From an uncultured virus (IMG/VR IMGVR_UViG_3300009481_005157) (taxonomy: Duplodnaviria > Heunggongvirae > Uroviricota > Caudoviricetes): DNA of 64,000 nucleotides. The notes under the pieces were generated by a model. The model was not told the DNA's origin. It searched no databases and saw only the letters and a program-made list of their open reading frames with translations. Location of the stretch: the IMG/VR virus record IMGVR_UViG_3300009481_005157; one strand, 5' to 3'. The position numbers were made by a program, and so were the translations under genes. Below, in pieces: positions 51,001-58,532 of the stretch (position 1 is the stretch's first letter; each line of letters starts with the position of its first letter).

Positions 51001-51311
51001 ACAACCTGATTGAGGGCATAGTCAGCCGTCATTGCCGTACTGGTTATCTCACCCATACCCGTCAGATGTGACAAAATACTCGCCCTAGCTGAGAGCTTAG
51101 AGTTGACACTGCTGGTCACGCTAAGGGTGGCGGATACGCCACGAGATCCGGTGGCGTTCGCGCTAACAGACACCTCAGCCACACAGTTGGAAGATCTGAG
51201 GTTAGATATGCCATTGATTCTAGCTTTAAATACATCGCCAGCCCCTTCGTGCGAAGAGGAAGCGTCTTTTATGCAAAGGCACTCTAAGTTTTTAAAACTT
51301 TTGACTGACAT
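39090..51311 (-). CDS. Giant virion protein: LamG/concanavalin-like domain, beta-strand repeats, seven FG-GAP repeats with large inserts
   Basis: 4073-aa ORF with seven D/R-x-F/L-G-x-S/T-V...VG(A/S/T)P-type repeats and a LamG-like segment at about 48130-48620. Confidence 0.75.
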   Translation of the reverse strand: MSVKSFKNLECLCIKDASSSHEGAGDVFKARINGISNLRSSNCVAEVSVSANATGSRGVSATLSVTSSVNSKLSARASILSHLTGMGEITSTAMTADYALNQVVDPAAVLSPTFLDKFAGNFGEYKCLEKLYPSGDLEIDAGMLGFVDKNLESGTLYTQIDEGVIIGDDYHKHLGKGSVISDQDTWITPNTFHTEGLFQYKSELTNFHIRPENTTFRIRASAPLTNYESRIAPIYEIKNVKFLDPSGNLMVQYEDITLFGDVDYSNADTIGNFSTYSLKPKTNVFDEYDWERRETPYTHEISGYRMSFDVKVTPRDDAFDQGFSEGFEEDYVMHTTYATEDDYLALDGAPLATQDQSLINPTKGIRISAIEICNSGGSWLGDSTGPRRENYFNLFLDVPSKGRRLEKKILPSFFALADVHNSGIFPAVSSVWNHKNGPSSLVLGNNLDTCGSEQIVKALQRDSVLDYAELQTIGPHLDSGKMIMKFGYGRGEVNEIVEGAFGCGFDQNNCPIWFNPSGAFNTETRVPAGVDHNYMEIESITLKIKAKKASGSRDYVLDVVGWSDDKLLNVTKAPSGFLQNPMSVQINNQIIGSDGNHPVISGFESNSDDLALSTRSISEREKYLETSGNLGGDHYSLTNYPIVNTTEFADYEIPLKIYPDDVEIGLSRNYNVSSMLEHLFLDIYPLPSGAAIASAHLLVRYAPQAGLKLSVQGGECLGKIQDGRGEGKIFPTTKQSNDSIINAGSGYNPLSTIENIPHAYTTPSSIKSNYSRRWRGLEGTVQGPFDTDQFSFGFNNPLLEFPFLSGFFNFDYVEGKYVKSRTLGEGYGGASGLFNVTPEKYKNVGWRFKSQNLFSSKAPAHVDAAAAYRTSDWALGVGSQHELYGHIADAFDNIVRVSGHNQNINFGNIDASGGFSVFTRFTPDVDASGTSYDLFQSGVLLSKWSTASDMDFALGYDDGYLCGYAKAIDGTTISVKDTVKYSGYQYPLSVILTYNDHSSKKLKLYTDNELHSGVWSNLRASSAQFTKHTNSANLIVGHSDGSGVGMNMLLSEFGISTWTSGVYGSGTNIVETNADATYKQVTAQKFLESHRVKFFEPGEPSSNDTYKLWDYVDEDTYSDWNLGGFQNREFGIGFSSLASRPGKRTGKDLISFHLRSSGVPYENQNGLSLSSWPSTVSSGVSYHTQIENDFLRFHLSDTSDNFYSVAKRITKDLPIGYVFADEALVVDTVIEHRSSGGIEWPECRPTTFDLCSEHKHSHQDHFSGPRLVVSLYTKKKEPYWTPNESNWGLVNRAIHYIKPSSCMMKLSSKFDYQNLIDESEQWSLFPQEPRLTEFTEKYYSQDVDDMFLQYDLIYPSGGPFDSNIDVHSAHVRMDDAFVTCTPNSGSFNLFASGCTDTLKASVNLHTLSKAPKDSGTLNLNTFGPVLIHESGLQLNASGTFRRDGSMSLHAIAIGVADSSWNPPGMALLTSGCCDVVVDGSGSFNLITNGNGTSSVQMPLSVANDGLVDTPSGQLLPLNVFAHSGVDGGMFTSMQLRLENNIKGGLSPSSGNMPVYILGSAPLTSNLPEVTMPLVIVNNQFISSGTLNLTAYAGDGVTSIASSEHTTGSSSDGGDKSLGVNLFIPNYGGVGSVYLRWFNQNYGVGIDQRDNDFSALDISNEIRGVDLIGYGACDSDSPRKAIDKALITDETVWRPETCNDGGIFRAVETYTNSGAINFSGGYGYSGNYYGFRKYTGLVPNAPYQSTLKVTTGSTDSIQIPRDFEEWEYGTCGPNWRSGDQGDGDCDTDIVYSGVKLVGDYPYMSGNASITPDSGRNVADNFGQTVAVTDDLMVVASTRIEVPDASGYAIPDAGSLFLYRRDTDVAGEKASWQMEDKLMLPSGFRRDYVSEVIEEVLKFDQFTISGQKWNVGQEGRRLGSSLDIGVSGDRETIVAGAPFAAWSRQFPEIKSSGITSCMAVFVDKFSYEDSKIKGIGNTGKRWEHLYKYFSAPWNAGTANEFQASLDVKILVFQLVNHDDETPAVPDKYKSFFRHHYINRMDDNGLVDDFGERNVYNSMYSGIVSAFKEIFPYPSTYKPHSGIPPIMGIFRDESGSTEFGGAFQMKDTNEDVIDDFIEFYKEYSFASGTANPEVPAAVSGHVKVEAYKSEDWAETSKTLINNTLDSGYLINTKFTNTDYPLLSVITSGVGQQWAKSDANEFQIPPASGGRVFIFEKESGKFNCVQEILSHSERDVTRNNNDPVGTDHLLSATQYNDRFGHSVGISKDTSIISIGSPYTHVPCEIYERQDAENTRMYNNISGWINYRNLDTPMARYTNLVRESGTDIAQKQVYHELSHTNKLWLRTDENFWKTEGQETIQLYKPIFNYKYSDITSTGTWRFIADAFQSTSRLGYSTSVSDNGDIIAFGAPTDSTNLFEDTNVWYTKGSSETFASYTNAGAVRMFEAKVYAPHSGIVEFTRFGNLDRSVHEDLREQGSYDRMGSYFSQDNRPFRRMGFSEIEIPRDAGLAFIITPELDAASDEIVDNIKNWLALGDRTLVIVGNDPLWEEDGLYRESNDIANNLLEKLGSRMRIKPADTKYESLQECKTAEEVVNDRWNVTKSFVPKYAHTKTFDSKIQRNNMFAKGVGKIVIDISGLGLEDYVETAPCDDKNADVCNLPIRHLGDVRAQWNSECLSAGENPRKIKYKTNWPFHFENTNPAQGCKDYPEAPNPKIRRPYQDIVPILTAAEFLPDQYWFRPEETFCEEVCDPIWEYYKVDRYVETCEFADDPLPNIFLSASGDNNSAIVGTFEDFQMTNNKGGFVDPDPINGRDAIIKGVGAVREDVKVTFDHPVLSKESILLLEEPYIFKDDAGEDVDNNNRVFILASTNGENNTSFSDGGGDPLLLGGNDDQNLSFYTNIAKKSCESPGHIVQLGGWTNRSSFADAYGKSILKSKLTSFGFRVTEDGAYSVGTDIDSVEVTDTVWVANPDGVPTDDDISVLKNWLKNGDKKLVITYSAWDIKKRQKYANNVSVLCEKLGLHSRPFSRPCKGDYFVQAGRDTIKHSNEQDCCPYGDKDVASQQVDSTSDIFDGCDNGYLWQKNYNTKDRTSVGKISMRWEEPENFQGDDQSGGSESQWDFIPISGGGPYKKLAWYDEQIKDECPVVTKDNTWYIEGNATAEFDVQAGSGYRVFVEWVSETKNEKYPIDAYVQQIHDIDCTETEKLNDAGIIRYFNRNLDDPQGGAGGLVQTDVATPQSAYLDVRAHKDGKMQVVFDTNRLKLSSGGIKNPKHDSEKFGLPQTVSVIGISGFPLPIERSVVNKPVTKRRQIGWDCREECTTIPAASGVIPGEFRPIKHPSEEYCPQDAPPCDEDPKNCCPPRGEEEIEDGPIVAAEEFEHFSDGKNGYRRSKIVVISDSTIIQGQCPHYRNDSIGENQGFIRSLYPVSPDKRDRRDLGFDFDLVSTNRQFQFTQKLRAPERGSAGKYYAARGIDNTVPPLYGGGASTDVSKYIDDEDTRHPADVYRPKDPETGLKIAQEVKYFTQSVYPSYANFPRFSGDFLDKGLYVIDGSERDFLLDAGKIGGVNDLMKVHNGQDYLDFDYFTSGCPGDLFGFSVDLSNEKLVVGTPFNGFISENVASGTSGIVQWHEVKNDPFRSGISVSQNGGAGAVFYFEKTGSGRNVVSEKLPWEFIQKIKPSSLNVGIDNCTVSHLQNVYGNHDLNSDFVLAHAGRGDQFGYSVAVDADMLVVGAPNHDFETLHDHIYSGAVVTNNLNTAFQRKSFNPEFDTPLHQYFDLGDSGNRTRFSGSGVVVLNRGAAFGFRHSIVDWSKRSKQWTYGEKLVAHGYHSNSGSVFVADNLKASGNENDNFGKSVSVYRSERGDSDYTLVVGSPFHDHPTSGNHISSGVTDAGAAFTYDAMLREQTPAIPNSGSWIDVKIFGAKTEDGRNMLLSRVYQNTTGGPQEHYTSGIVFANQHGDLYVEASGFDPATKGFVAHRPFIEHVIGDYAGGNFTSASLDLITVGKPVTATGAMNMMLSGAPSAYVYNNMSLRTAGASGTPSGDMPLYITAPSGSANNSLNMNVVSTQTTENLNLRVRGK

Positions 51312-51328
51312 TTATTTTTCCTGTTTTC

Positions 51329-54300
51329 CTAGTTATCTACCAAGCCACGGCGTTTGCGTTTGATTCCGCTTCCCCTAGATTTGTACTTCGGAATTTCTCT
51401 CGCAACTTCATCGATAACTGCGTCTCTAATATTGTCTTCTATAACTCGTAGTATATTGTCATTTAATAATCTAATATTTACATCAATTGGTTTGAGGATG
51501 GCGACACCGACTTCCATATTTGCTAGTTGTTCCAAACCCTTACTGAAGTTATTAAATATTCTTTCCATGTTGGGAAGTGCTTTACCAAATACTGATCCTA
51601 GGCTTTTAACCAAGTCACCCATATTATAGTAGCCCACAGAACCGCCCGAAGAAAGATTGGCGGCACCTTGCGCACCGGCATTAAGTGTCTGACCGCTGGC
51701 ATTCATAGCTCTAAGAATTTGTAAGTTATTACCTCTCTGAACGGCGGCTCTATTGACGACAAATTCGCCCGGAGTAAGCATAGCGGGTACGGTATCTGTT
51801 CCTCTTGGAACGAATATACCTCGGTTGGCATAAACTACGCCTCCGCGTGATAAAGGCAGTCCTGCGTCTGCTCGCTCTTGACGGCGTCCAGCTTTGTCCA
51901 TTGTATTTTTGAAAACAACATTGGCTTGTTCTATCGCCAACTCTGCCTGAGCAATCTCCATCATGGCGCTATCGGCCATCATCTGGGAAACTTGACCGCC
52001 CGCCTCAGATAAAGCTCTTCCTTGCGCTCTTAGGTCATTGAGTTCATCTGTGGTGCCGGATAGCACCTGACCGGCCCTGCCGTCCAGACCCACGGACTGT
52101 GCAGCTATTTGCCCTGCCTTCTGTAGTGTTGCTTGGTCTGCGCCTTCTGCCTGAAGCTGCTTCAGTGCGTTACCAAGTGCTGCTGGGCCAAAGAGACTGG
52201 CTAGTTCTTCATCTCCGCTTCGTAAGGCCGACGCAGCGCCCGCAGTTTCTTGCCCCTTCAGGAACCCTGCGAAATCACCCTGTAATAGTGAGCTGATGGA
52301 ATCCTGCTCAATTTTATTTCTCTTTTCTATAATCGCAATCTGTTCTTTAGTGGCGGCAATTTGTGATTTTATAAAACCAACCAAATCTTTGATCGATGAG
52401 TTTGTTTCTTTTATCCTGTCGGCATCTATGCCCTGTACGTCTCTAAATCCTCCGGCAGCTCTGTCTATTTGCTGCTGATTCATATTGTTTTGTATGCTTG
52501 CTGCCACCGCTTGTATGTCCGCAACACTTCCCGTTCTTAACTCTTGTATGCCCGCGTCTCTGGCTCCAAGATTAAACTTGGCCAAATTAGCAGACAACTT
52601 TTGATCGGAAGTAAGCTTGGAGCCGCCAAACTCCTCAAACGTCTTCGCAAATTGAAGTTGCGCATCTATTGCTTGACGCTGGGCGGCGATATATGCAAGC
52701 TCCGCCTTTCTTCTTTGGTCGGTCAATTTTGCAATAGTTTGTTCATGCTGGAGCAGGGCTTTCGCAGCTTGCATTGCTCCGTCACGAAGCGGGCCGAGAG
52801 AACCCGTGATTTCTGCAACAATGCCACTCAAATCTTTATTTCTGACATCGCCCATGCCCGCAATTTTAGCGGTGATTGCAGCCCTGATGTCGGCATCTTT
52901 AACGCCCGCTAGCAAGGCGCTTTCTAGTTGCGCTTTCGCCGCCGCTTCATCTCCAGAAGATAGATCTAGATTGCTGATTCTACCTTGTATGGAACCCATA
53001 AACTCGTTGGCAGACTGCGCCCTAGAGAACTGACGGTTAATCGCTTGGCCTTGAGCTGTAGTTTCATCTCCGCCAGCAGCAGCAGCAATAACTCTTTGTC
53101 TTATCTCGTCTAAAGCTGCATTGCCTTCTGCTCCCATACCCATGTTGGTTGCAGCAGCTTCCACAGTAGCAATAGAGTCTGCGAGGGTCGAGGAACCAGT
53201 CTTTAATGAGTTAAGAAATTGATCAACTGCCAGATTAGCTCTATTAAACGCTGACATTACTTTTAGGTTGTCAAACATCGCTCTTGCTGTTGCTCGTAAA
53301 GCTTCTTCTACAGCGAAGGCCTGCTTACCCATCCTCAGTAATTGCTCTTTACTGTAGGCGGTGGAGTCTCCCAGTGAAGCGATCTGCGCTTCAACCTCGG
53401 CCATAGTTCTAGCGCTTTTTCCAATGCCCTCAGCAAAACGTTTTTCGTTATCTTTAAGCTGCTTCGTCGCTTGCTGCTTTGTTTTCTCGTCGGCATCCCC
53501 GACTTCCATTTCCCTAAGAACATCCCTCGACACAGCACCCAGCTGCTTGCCGATGTCCTTCATGTCGCCGCCATCTTCAACCGACTCAAATAATCCCGTA
53601 GTTTTAACCTGCCCGGCCTGAGCAGCGGCCTCAACTCCTGCATTTGCAATGTTTTGTTTTATACTTTTGATTAAGTCCGATCCACTGCCGAACGCCATCG
53701 CAATCATACCACTCATGCTGAACATCTGACCAAAGCCTTCCATTTTGGCAGCTTCCCTGCCAGCGGATGCCGCACCACTCACATCACCTGCGCCGATGGC
53801 TATTTCTTTCTGCCTGTTGGCCATTTCGCCTATCGCCCCGGTAATAGCGCTGAGGGCTTGGCCCGCACCTGCCAGTAGTCCTGCGCCAATCGCTCCCGCT
53901 TTGCCAACGGTTGCCGCCCCACGACGCACGCCACCGCCACCTTTGGAAGCTTGATTTTCCTTTTTACGCTGGGCGGTTACTTTCTTAATTGCCTCTGCTT
54001 GCTTCTTCGTTAGCTTCTCTTCGTTTTTATCCAGTCTGAGCTTTTTCTTGCTCGTGTTTATGTTTTTCTTTCCCTGCTGCTCTTCTTTCTTGTTCAAGCG
54101 GAGCTTCGTTTTCATCCAGCTTAATGAACGTTTAACCAAGCCTTGTTTTTTCTTTTCTTCGGTTACGTCCTGTTTGTCAACCTTAATTCCCTGCTTAGTT
54201 GTTTTGTTAGCCTCCCTCGCTGTTTTTATTGCTTTTATGTCATGCTTGTTGAGACTTTCTTCAGCGTTTTCCCTGTTTTGTATAGCTTGTCTGGCTTCCT

Positions 54301-57300
54301 TGTGGACTTTGTTGTGTTTGTCAATCTGTTCATTAGTATCTCGGGTCGCCTTATGTGCTTCTTGTCTAGCACTATACTCGTTGGCCATTGCATCTTCGAC
54401 TTCTTGGGAGGCTTTTGCCAAGTCCCTCGTCGCCGCCTCTTGGGCTGCAAGACTTGCGTTGTATTCTGATACACCATCGACAATCTCAGAATTATTATCT
54501 TTAACCGCCTTGGCCGCATCAGACTGTGCGTCACGTAGACCCTGTAAACCCAAAGCGTGACGTTCGGCTTCCGAAGTCGCTTTTTTGTTCATAGCAGACG
54601 TTTCGGCAACCTCAGCAGCATTGGCGCTGTGAGCGGATTTGGCCTCTTCGAGCGCCATCTCAGATTCTAAAACGGCTTCAGCGGCGCGTGTTGACTTGGC
54701 GTCTAATTCGGCTAGACGATCCCTGAGCACACCTATTTTTTGCGAACTTTCCTCAGTCGCAGCGGATGCCTCTGCCTGAGCTTCAGCATCTCCAGCCTTT
54801 ACTGCTCTTCCAACATCCGCACTTGCCGGGGCAGTTTGAGTTTTAAGTTCTTTCTGAATCCGGGACTCAAGCTCTGCCTTTTCAGTGTCAATACCTTTTT
54901 GCGTTTCTGAGGCAGACTTTGTGCGGGCAGTATGTAGTTTTTCTGCATCTTGAACGTTAGCCTCGGACCGCGCCGCCTTACCCCTTGCTTCTGCTTCAAG
55001 TTCACCAGAGGCTTTCGATTCTTTCTCTAATTCAACCTGCCTTCCTGCTGCGCCACTTAATGCCCTCGTTGCTCTTGCTTCTTCGGCTTGAAGTTCTGGA
55101 CGTGCTTCCTTTAAACTCTCAACATTTGCTTCATCTGCCTTTGTCCTCTCTATTGCACTCGTCTCGACTACTTTTGCTCCTTGTTCCGTGATTTCAGCAT
55201 CTTCCCGAGCCAGTTTGGTGTCCTTGGTGGCTTGCACCTTATCGGCGTGGTCAGCTTGCATTCCTTCAGTGATCGCTGCTTCCTTCTTCGCGTCGGCCAC
55301 CTGCGTGCTTTCTTGTTGAGACGCATGTACATAAGTGGCCATATCATCTGCGTATGCTCCTTCGGCCTTCTTCTCCTGTTCCTTTTTGGCCTGTTCTTGC
55401 TCTTGTTTTCTCGCGTCCAGTTCTGCCGGGATGGTTATATTCTGCTGGGAAGCCGCACCGGCCATCGCGCCTGCCGCCTCTTCGTCTGACAACTCGCCTC
55501 CACCTCCGGATGCGCCCTGTTCTTCAGCCGATTGCTTGGCTCCTGAAGCCCCATCTGCTAGACCCTCTAGCTCATCACCAGACTTTTTGCCCCATTTGTC
55601 TATTTTCTGTAAAGCAATAACCGTTGCGATAGCAATAGCAACCATTGCTGTGAAAGCACTGACAGCTCTCTCAGCGGCTATAGTGATATTTGCTTGAGCA
55701 TCAGATGCTTCTAAGCTCTTGTCTCCAAACTGGGATATGATACCATTAAGGCCAGCGATAGCTGCCGAGAAAATCATTAGGCTGTTGCCCAAGCCGCCCA
55801 TCATGCCGCCAACCCCTCCACCAGCGTTGAGCCGTTGGACTGCGCCACCCTTAGCAAACCCTTGCACGCCCTTTTTGTTCATGCGGTTGAGATTAGAGGC
55901 ACCTATAGAGGCTGCCGCTTTCTTGTTAAGAACGAACTCGCCCGGAGTTAGAAGGGCGGGTACAGTGTCAGAAGCCGCGCCACCAGAAGCGAACTTTTTT
56001 GCCCCCGGCGCCGGTTTGGCAGATTTAATGAACCTTTTGTCAATGAATCTGTCATAGTTTTCACCATCCATCTCGCCTACGAACTTTTTGGCGATAGCTG
56101 TATACTCAGTACCCTTGGCCTCCGGTTTTCCGTCAGCAGCTCTGACGTTTTTAGAAATTTCTCCATATAAAAGTTCAAGTCTATTTCTTGCATTTTTGTC
56201 GATATGTGGAAAGTCTAATCTCGCTCCTCCACCTGCAAGCGGAGCACCAGTCACTTTACTTGTCAGACCTTCGTTAACATAGCCAGACACTGTGGCAACG
56301 GCGTCACTTTTTAGGCTTAGTAAATTATCCTCAAGAGATGTCTTAGCTTTTTCCTTGTCAACATAGATTTTATTGCTTTTTTTGGTAATTGCTTCAACTG
56401 CCTCAGAAGCAAAACTGTCGTCAATAGCTTTCCTTAAGCCGTCCGATGAGGCTTCCTTAACCGCTTTATTGACGGTGCTAGTGACCTTTGAGTCTCCGTC
56501 GCCAAGAATAAGCCCCCGAAGCTTGCCGTTGATACCGATCCTGATCGATTCAGCAATATCACTTTTCTCTAAGGTGGAGTCATCTATGGCTTTTTTTATT
56601 TCCGATTCCGCTTGTTGCTTGCCTACCTTATTTTGTTTTGCGAGATTATCTCGAAGCTTTGTGCTTATTTTACCACCCTTGATAATTGGTGACTTATCAG
56701 ACATGTTGATCACGTTAGCGAAATTTGGGCCACCTGCTGTAATTAGCGCTTCTTGCTGCTTCGCACCCGTCATAGATCCGAGTGTAGCCTCTTTGGTTTG
56801 TGCGAGTTGCGGTTGAGCAACATTTGCCATTCCACGCAATTTGGCAATAGCTTTAGGGTTGGAGATATGACCAAAGGCAGTCTTTTCCTTTGCTACACCG
56901 CTTCTGTCATCACCCTCGCTTGGCCTTAAAAAGAATCCAGCCAACCTGTCATCTTGAAGTTGTACAACTGCCCCGCCACTAGCATAGCCCTTGGCGTTCA
57001 TCTTGGAGAGGTTATTGGTCCCAAGCTTTTTAACGCTACTCTTTCTTATTACAAACTCGCCCGGTTGTAGCATCGCGGGCACAGTATCTCGACTTCCGGT
57101 GCCGGGTACCACACCTCCTCTTGCGAAAGCCATGATCTTGCCGCCTTGAGCCTTGCCCTGAACACCCTTGATCGCTGAACCAATGCCCCTGCCAAAACCT
57201 CCTATGGCTCCAGCAAACTTGAATGCCGCTAATCCAGCCAAGAGTGGCAACAGTGGTTTGAGGGCATCAGCAACAGAGATAAGAGCATTTGCCAAGTTAA

Positions 57301-58498
57301 GGGCGGTCTTGACCATAGCTTGAAAAGCAGTGGTTTCTGAAATGCTACGAATTAATGCGAGAAACTCTTCTTTGGTTTTCTGTATCTGAACAGCGAGAGC
57401 CTGTTGCGCAGTAGCTGCGTCTTTATCTAAACTGGAGGCACCAGCTATGGCGGCTTGCCTAGCTCTTTCAGCAGTCTCAAATTCCTGCAAAAGAGGAATA
57501 ACCTTACCAATTTGACGGAAGCCACCAAGCTCTTCAGCAATCTGAATAAACTTTAAATCACCAGCGGGAACATCCGCCAGAGCCTTGCTCAGTCTTTTTA
57601 CAGCTTCAAACGGACCAACAAATTTACCGTTCAGGTCTGTGAGGTTAACACCTAGATCTTTAAGGTACTGAATGGTCGCAGGTCTTTGAATACGCGTAAG
57701 AATAGTACGCAAACCTGTAGCAATGGATTCTGCACTTTCACGAGTCGTAGCACGAATAGATGTGAAAAGGCCCAAGAATTCATTGAGATCGCCACCAGCA
57801 GCTTTAAAGACACCACCAGTACGACGAATAGCACCAATAAGGTCGCCAGACTCAACAGCAAACTGGCCCGCAACGGCATTGATAGCACCAAGCTGATCTT
57901 TTAGCTTGCCAACTCCTTGCCCAAACTGAGCCAGAATAGCAACAGCACCTTCAGCGGTTTTATTGATGTCTTCAAAGGTAGGCGCAAGAGTAGTCTTAGC
58001 AAGAGCGTCTAAAGCAACCTTGAGATCATTCGCTTGGATACCGGCCTGAGCTAAGATTCTGGTAGCACCCAGAAGTTCCTTGGAAGAAGTGCCAAGGCTG
58101 GTAGCGAGGCGGGTTATCTCTTGATTTAGCCCCTTAAGGCTGGCAACACTTTTACCTGTCACCTGAGATATCTTGACAATCTCGCGCTGGAAGTCTATGG
58201 CTTCACTGGTAGCATTAGCCATAGTATTAGTAAACAGGCTGACAGCCCTACTAGCTACCGTGAATGCGGCGAACCGCTTCAACGCCAGCCCAAAGGATTT
58301 ACCCATATTATGAGCTGCGCTGGTAGCTTGATTGGTAGCTGCCGTTACCTGTTTAATTTGCTTCGTGGCTTTTGTGGCACCAGTAACCTGTACAGGCACA
58401 GAAATACCCTTTAGCTGCGCCTGCATTTGCCGCACAACTTGCTGGGTATTGGTAGGTGCCTGTAGTTTTAATTGTGCAGTCAGTACAAATTTAGACAT
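51329..58498 (-). CDS. Tail tape measure protein
   Basis: TP901-type core (LATSLGTSSKEL...LAQAG...FTSIRATTRESAESIATGLRTILTRI), Ala-rich helical body, hydrophobic segments, and three DTVPA(M/L)L(T/Q)PGEFV motifs. Confidence 0.92.
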   Translation of the reverse strand: MSKFVLTAQLKLQAPTNTQQVVRQMQAQLKGISVPVQVTGATKATKQIKQVTAATNQATSAAHNMGKSFGLALKRFAAFTVASRAVSLFTNTMANATSEAIDFQREIVKISQVTGKSVASLKGLNQEITRLATSLGTSSKELLGATRILAQAGIQANDLKVALDALAKTTLAPTFEDINKTAEGAVAILAQFGQGVGKLKDQLGAINAVAGQFAVESGDLIGAIRRTGGVFKAAGGDLNEFLGLFTSIRATTRESAESIATGLRTILTRIQRPATIQYLKDLGVNLTDLNGKFVGPFEAVKRLSKALADVPAGDLKFIQIAEELGGFRQIGKVIPLLQEFETAERARQAAIAGASSLDKDAATAQQALAVQIQKTKEEFLALIRSISETTAFQAMVKTALNLANALISVADALKPLLPLLAGLAAFKFAGAIGGFGRGIGSAIKGVQGKAQGGKIMAFARGGVVPGTGSRDTVPAMLQPGEFVIRKSSVKKLGTNNLSKMNAKGYASGGAVVQLQDDRLAGFFLRPSEGDDRSGVAKEKTAFGHISNPKAIAKLRGMANVAQPQLAQTKEATLGSMTGAKQQEALITAGGPNFANVINMSDKSPIIKGGKISTKLRDNLAKQNKVGKQQAESEIKKAIDDSTLEKSDIAESIRIGINGKLRGLILGDGDSKVTSTVNKAVKEASSDGLRKAIDDSFASEAVEAITKKSNKIYVDKEKAKTSLEDNLLSLKSDAVATVSGYVNEGLTSKVTGAPLAGGGARLDFPHIDKNARNRLELLYGEISKNVRAADGKPEAKGTEYTAIAKKFVGEMDGENYDRFIDKRFIKSAKPAPGAKKFASGGAASDTVPALLTPGEFVLNKKAAASIGASNLNRMNKKGVQGFAKGGAVQRLNAGGGVGGMMGGLGNSLMIFSAAIAGLNGIISQFGDKSLEASDAQANITIAAERAVSAFTAMVAIAIATVIALQKIDKWGKKSGDELEGLADGASGAKQSAEEQGASGGGGELSDEEAAGAMAGAASQQNITIPAELDARKQEQEQAKKEQEKKAEGAYADDMATYVHASQQESTQVADAKKEAAITEGMQADHADKVQATKDTKLAREDAEITEQGAKVVETSAIERTKADEANVESLKEARPELQAEEARATRALSGAAGRQVELEKESKASGELEAEARGKAARSEANVQDAEKLHTARTKSASETQKGIDTEKAELESRIQKELKTQTAPASADVGRAVKAGDAEAQAEASAATEESSQKIGVLRDRLAELDAKSTRAAEAVLESEMALEEAKSAHSANAAEVAETSAMNKKATSEAERHALGLQGLRDAQSDAAKAVKDNNSEIVDGVSEYNASLAAQEAATRDLAKASQEVEDAMANEYSARQEAHKATRDTNEQIDKHNKVHKEARQAIQNRENAEESLNKHDIKAIKTAREANKTTKQGIKVDKQDVTEEKKKQGLVKRSLSWMKTKLRLNKKEEQQGKKNINTSKKKLRLDKNEEKLTKKQAEAIKKVTAQRKKENQASKGGGGVRRGAATVGKAGAIGAGLLAGAGQALSAITGAIGEMANRQKEIAIGAGDVSGAASAGREAAKMEGFGQMFSMSGMIAMAFGSGSDLIKSIKQNIANAGVEAAAQAGQVKTTGLFESVEDGGDMKDIGKQLGAVSRDVLREMEVGDADEKTKQQATKQLKDNEKRFAEGIGKSARTMAEVEAQIASLGDSTAYSKEQLLRMGKQAFAVEEALRATARAMFDNLKVMSAFNRANLAVDQFLNSLKTGSSTLADSIATVEAAATNMGMGAEGNAALDEIRQRVIAAAAGGDETTAQGQAINRQFSRAQSANEFMGSIQGRISNLDLSSGDEAAAKAQLESALLAGVKDADIRAAITAKIAGMGDVRNKDLSGIVAEITGSLGPLRDGAMQAAKALLQHEQTIAKLTDQRRKAELAYIAAQRQAIDAQLQFAKTFEEFGGSKLTSDQKLSANLAKFNLGARDAGIQELRTGSVADIQAVAASIQNNMNQQQIDRAAGGFRDVQGIDADRIKETNSSIKDLVGFIKSQIAATKEQIAIIEKRNKIEQDSISSLLQGDFAGFLKGQETAGAASALRSGDEELASLFGPAALGNALKQLQAEGADQATLQKAGQIAAQSVGLDGRAGQVLSGTTDELNDLRAQGRALSEAGGQVSQMMADSAMMEIAQAELAIEQANVVFKNTMDKAGRRQERADAGLPLSRGGVVYANRGIFVPRGTDTVPAMLTPGEFVVNRAAVQRGNNLQILRAMNASGQTLNAGAQGAANLSSGGSVGYYNMGDLVKSLGSVFGKALPNMERIFNNFSKGLEQLANMEVGVAILKPIDVNIRLLNDNILRVIEDNIRDAVIDEVAREIPKYKSRGSGIKRKRRGLVDN

Positions 58499-58532
58499 TT
58501 GATCTCTCTAAAATAATTGACTACACTCTCCG

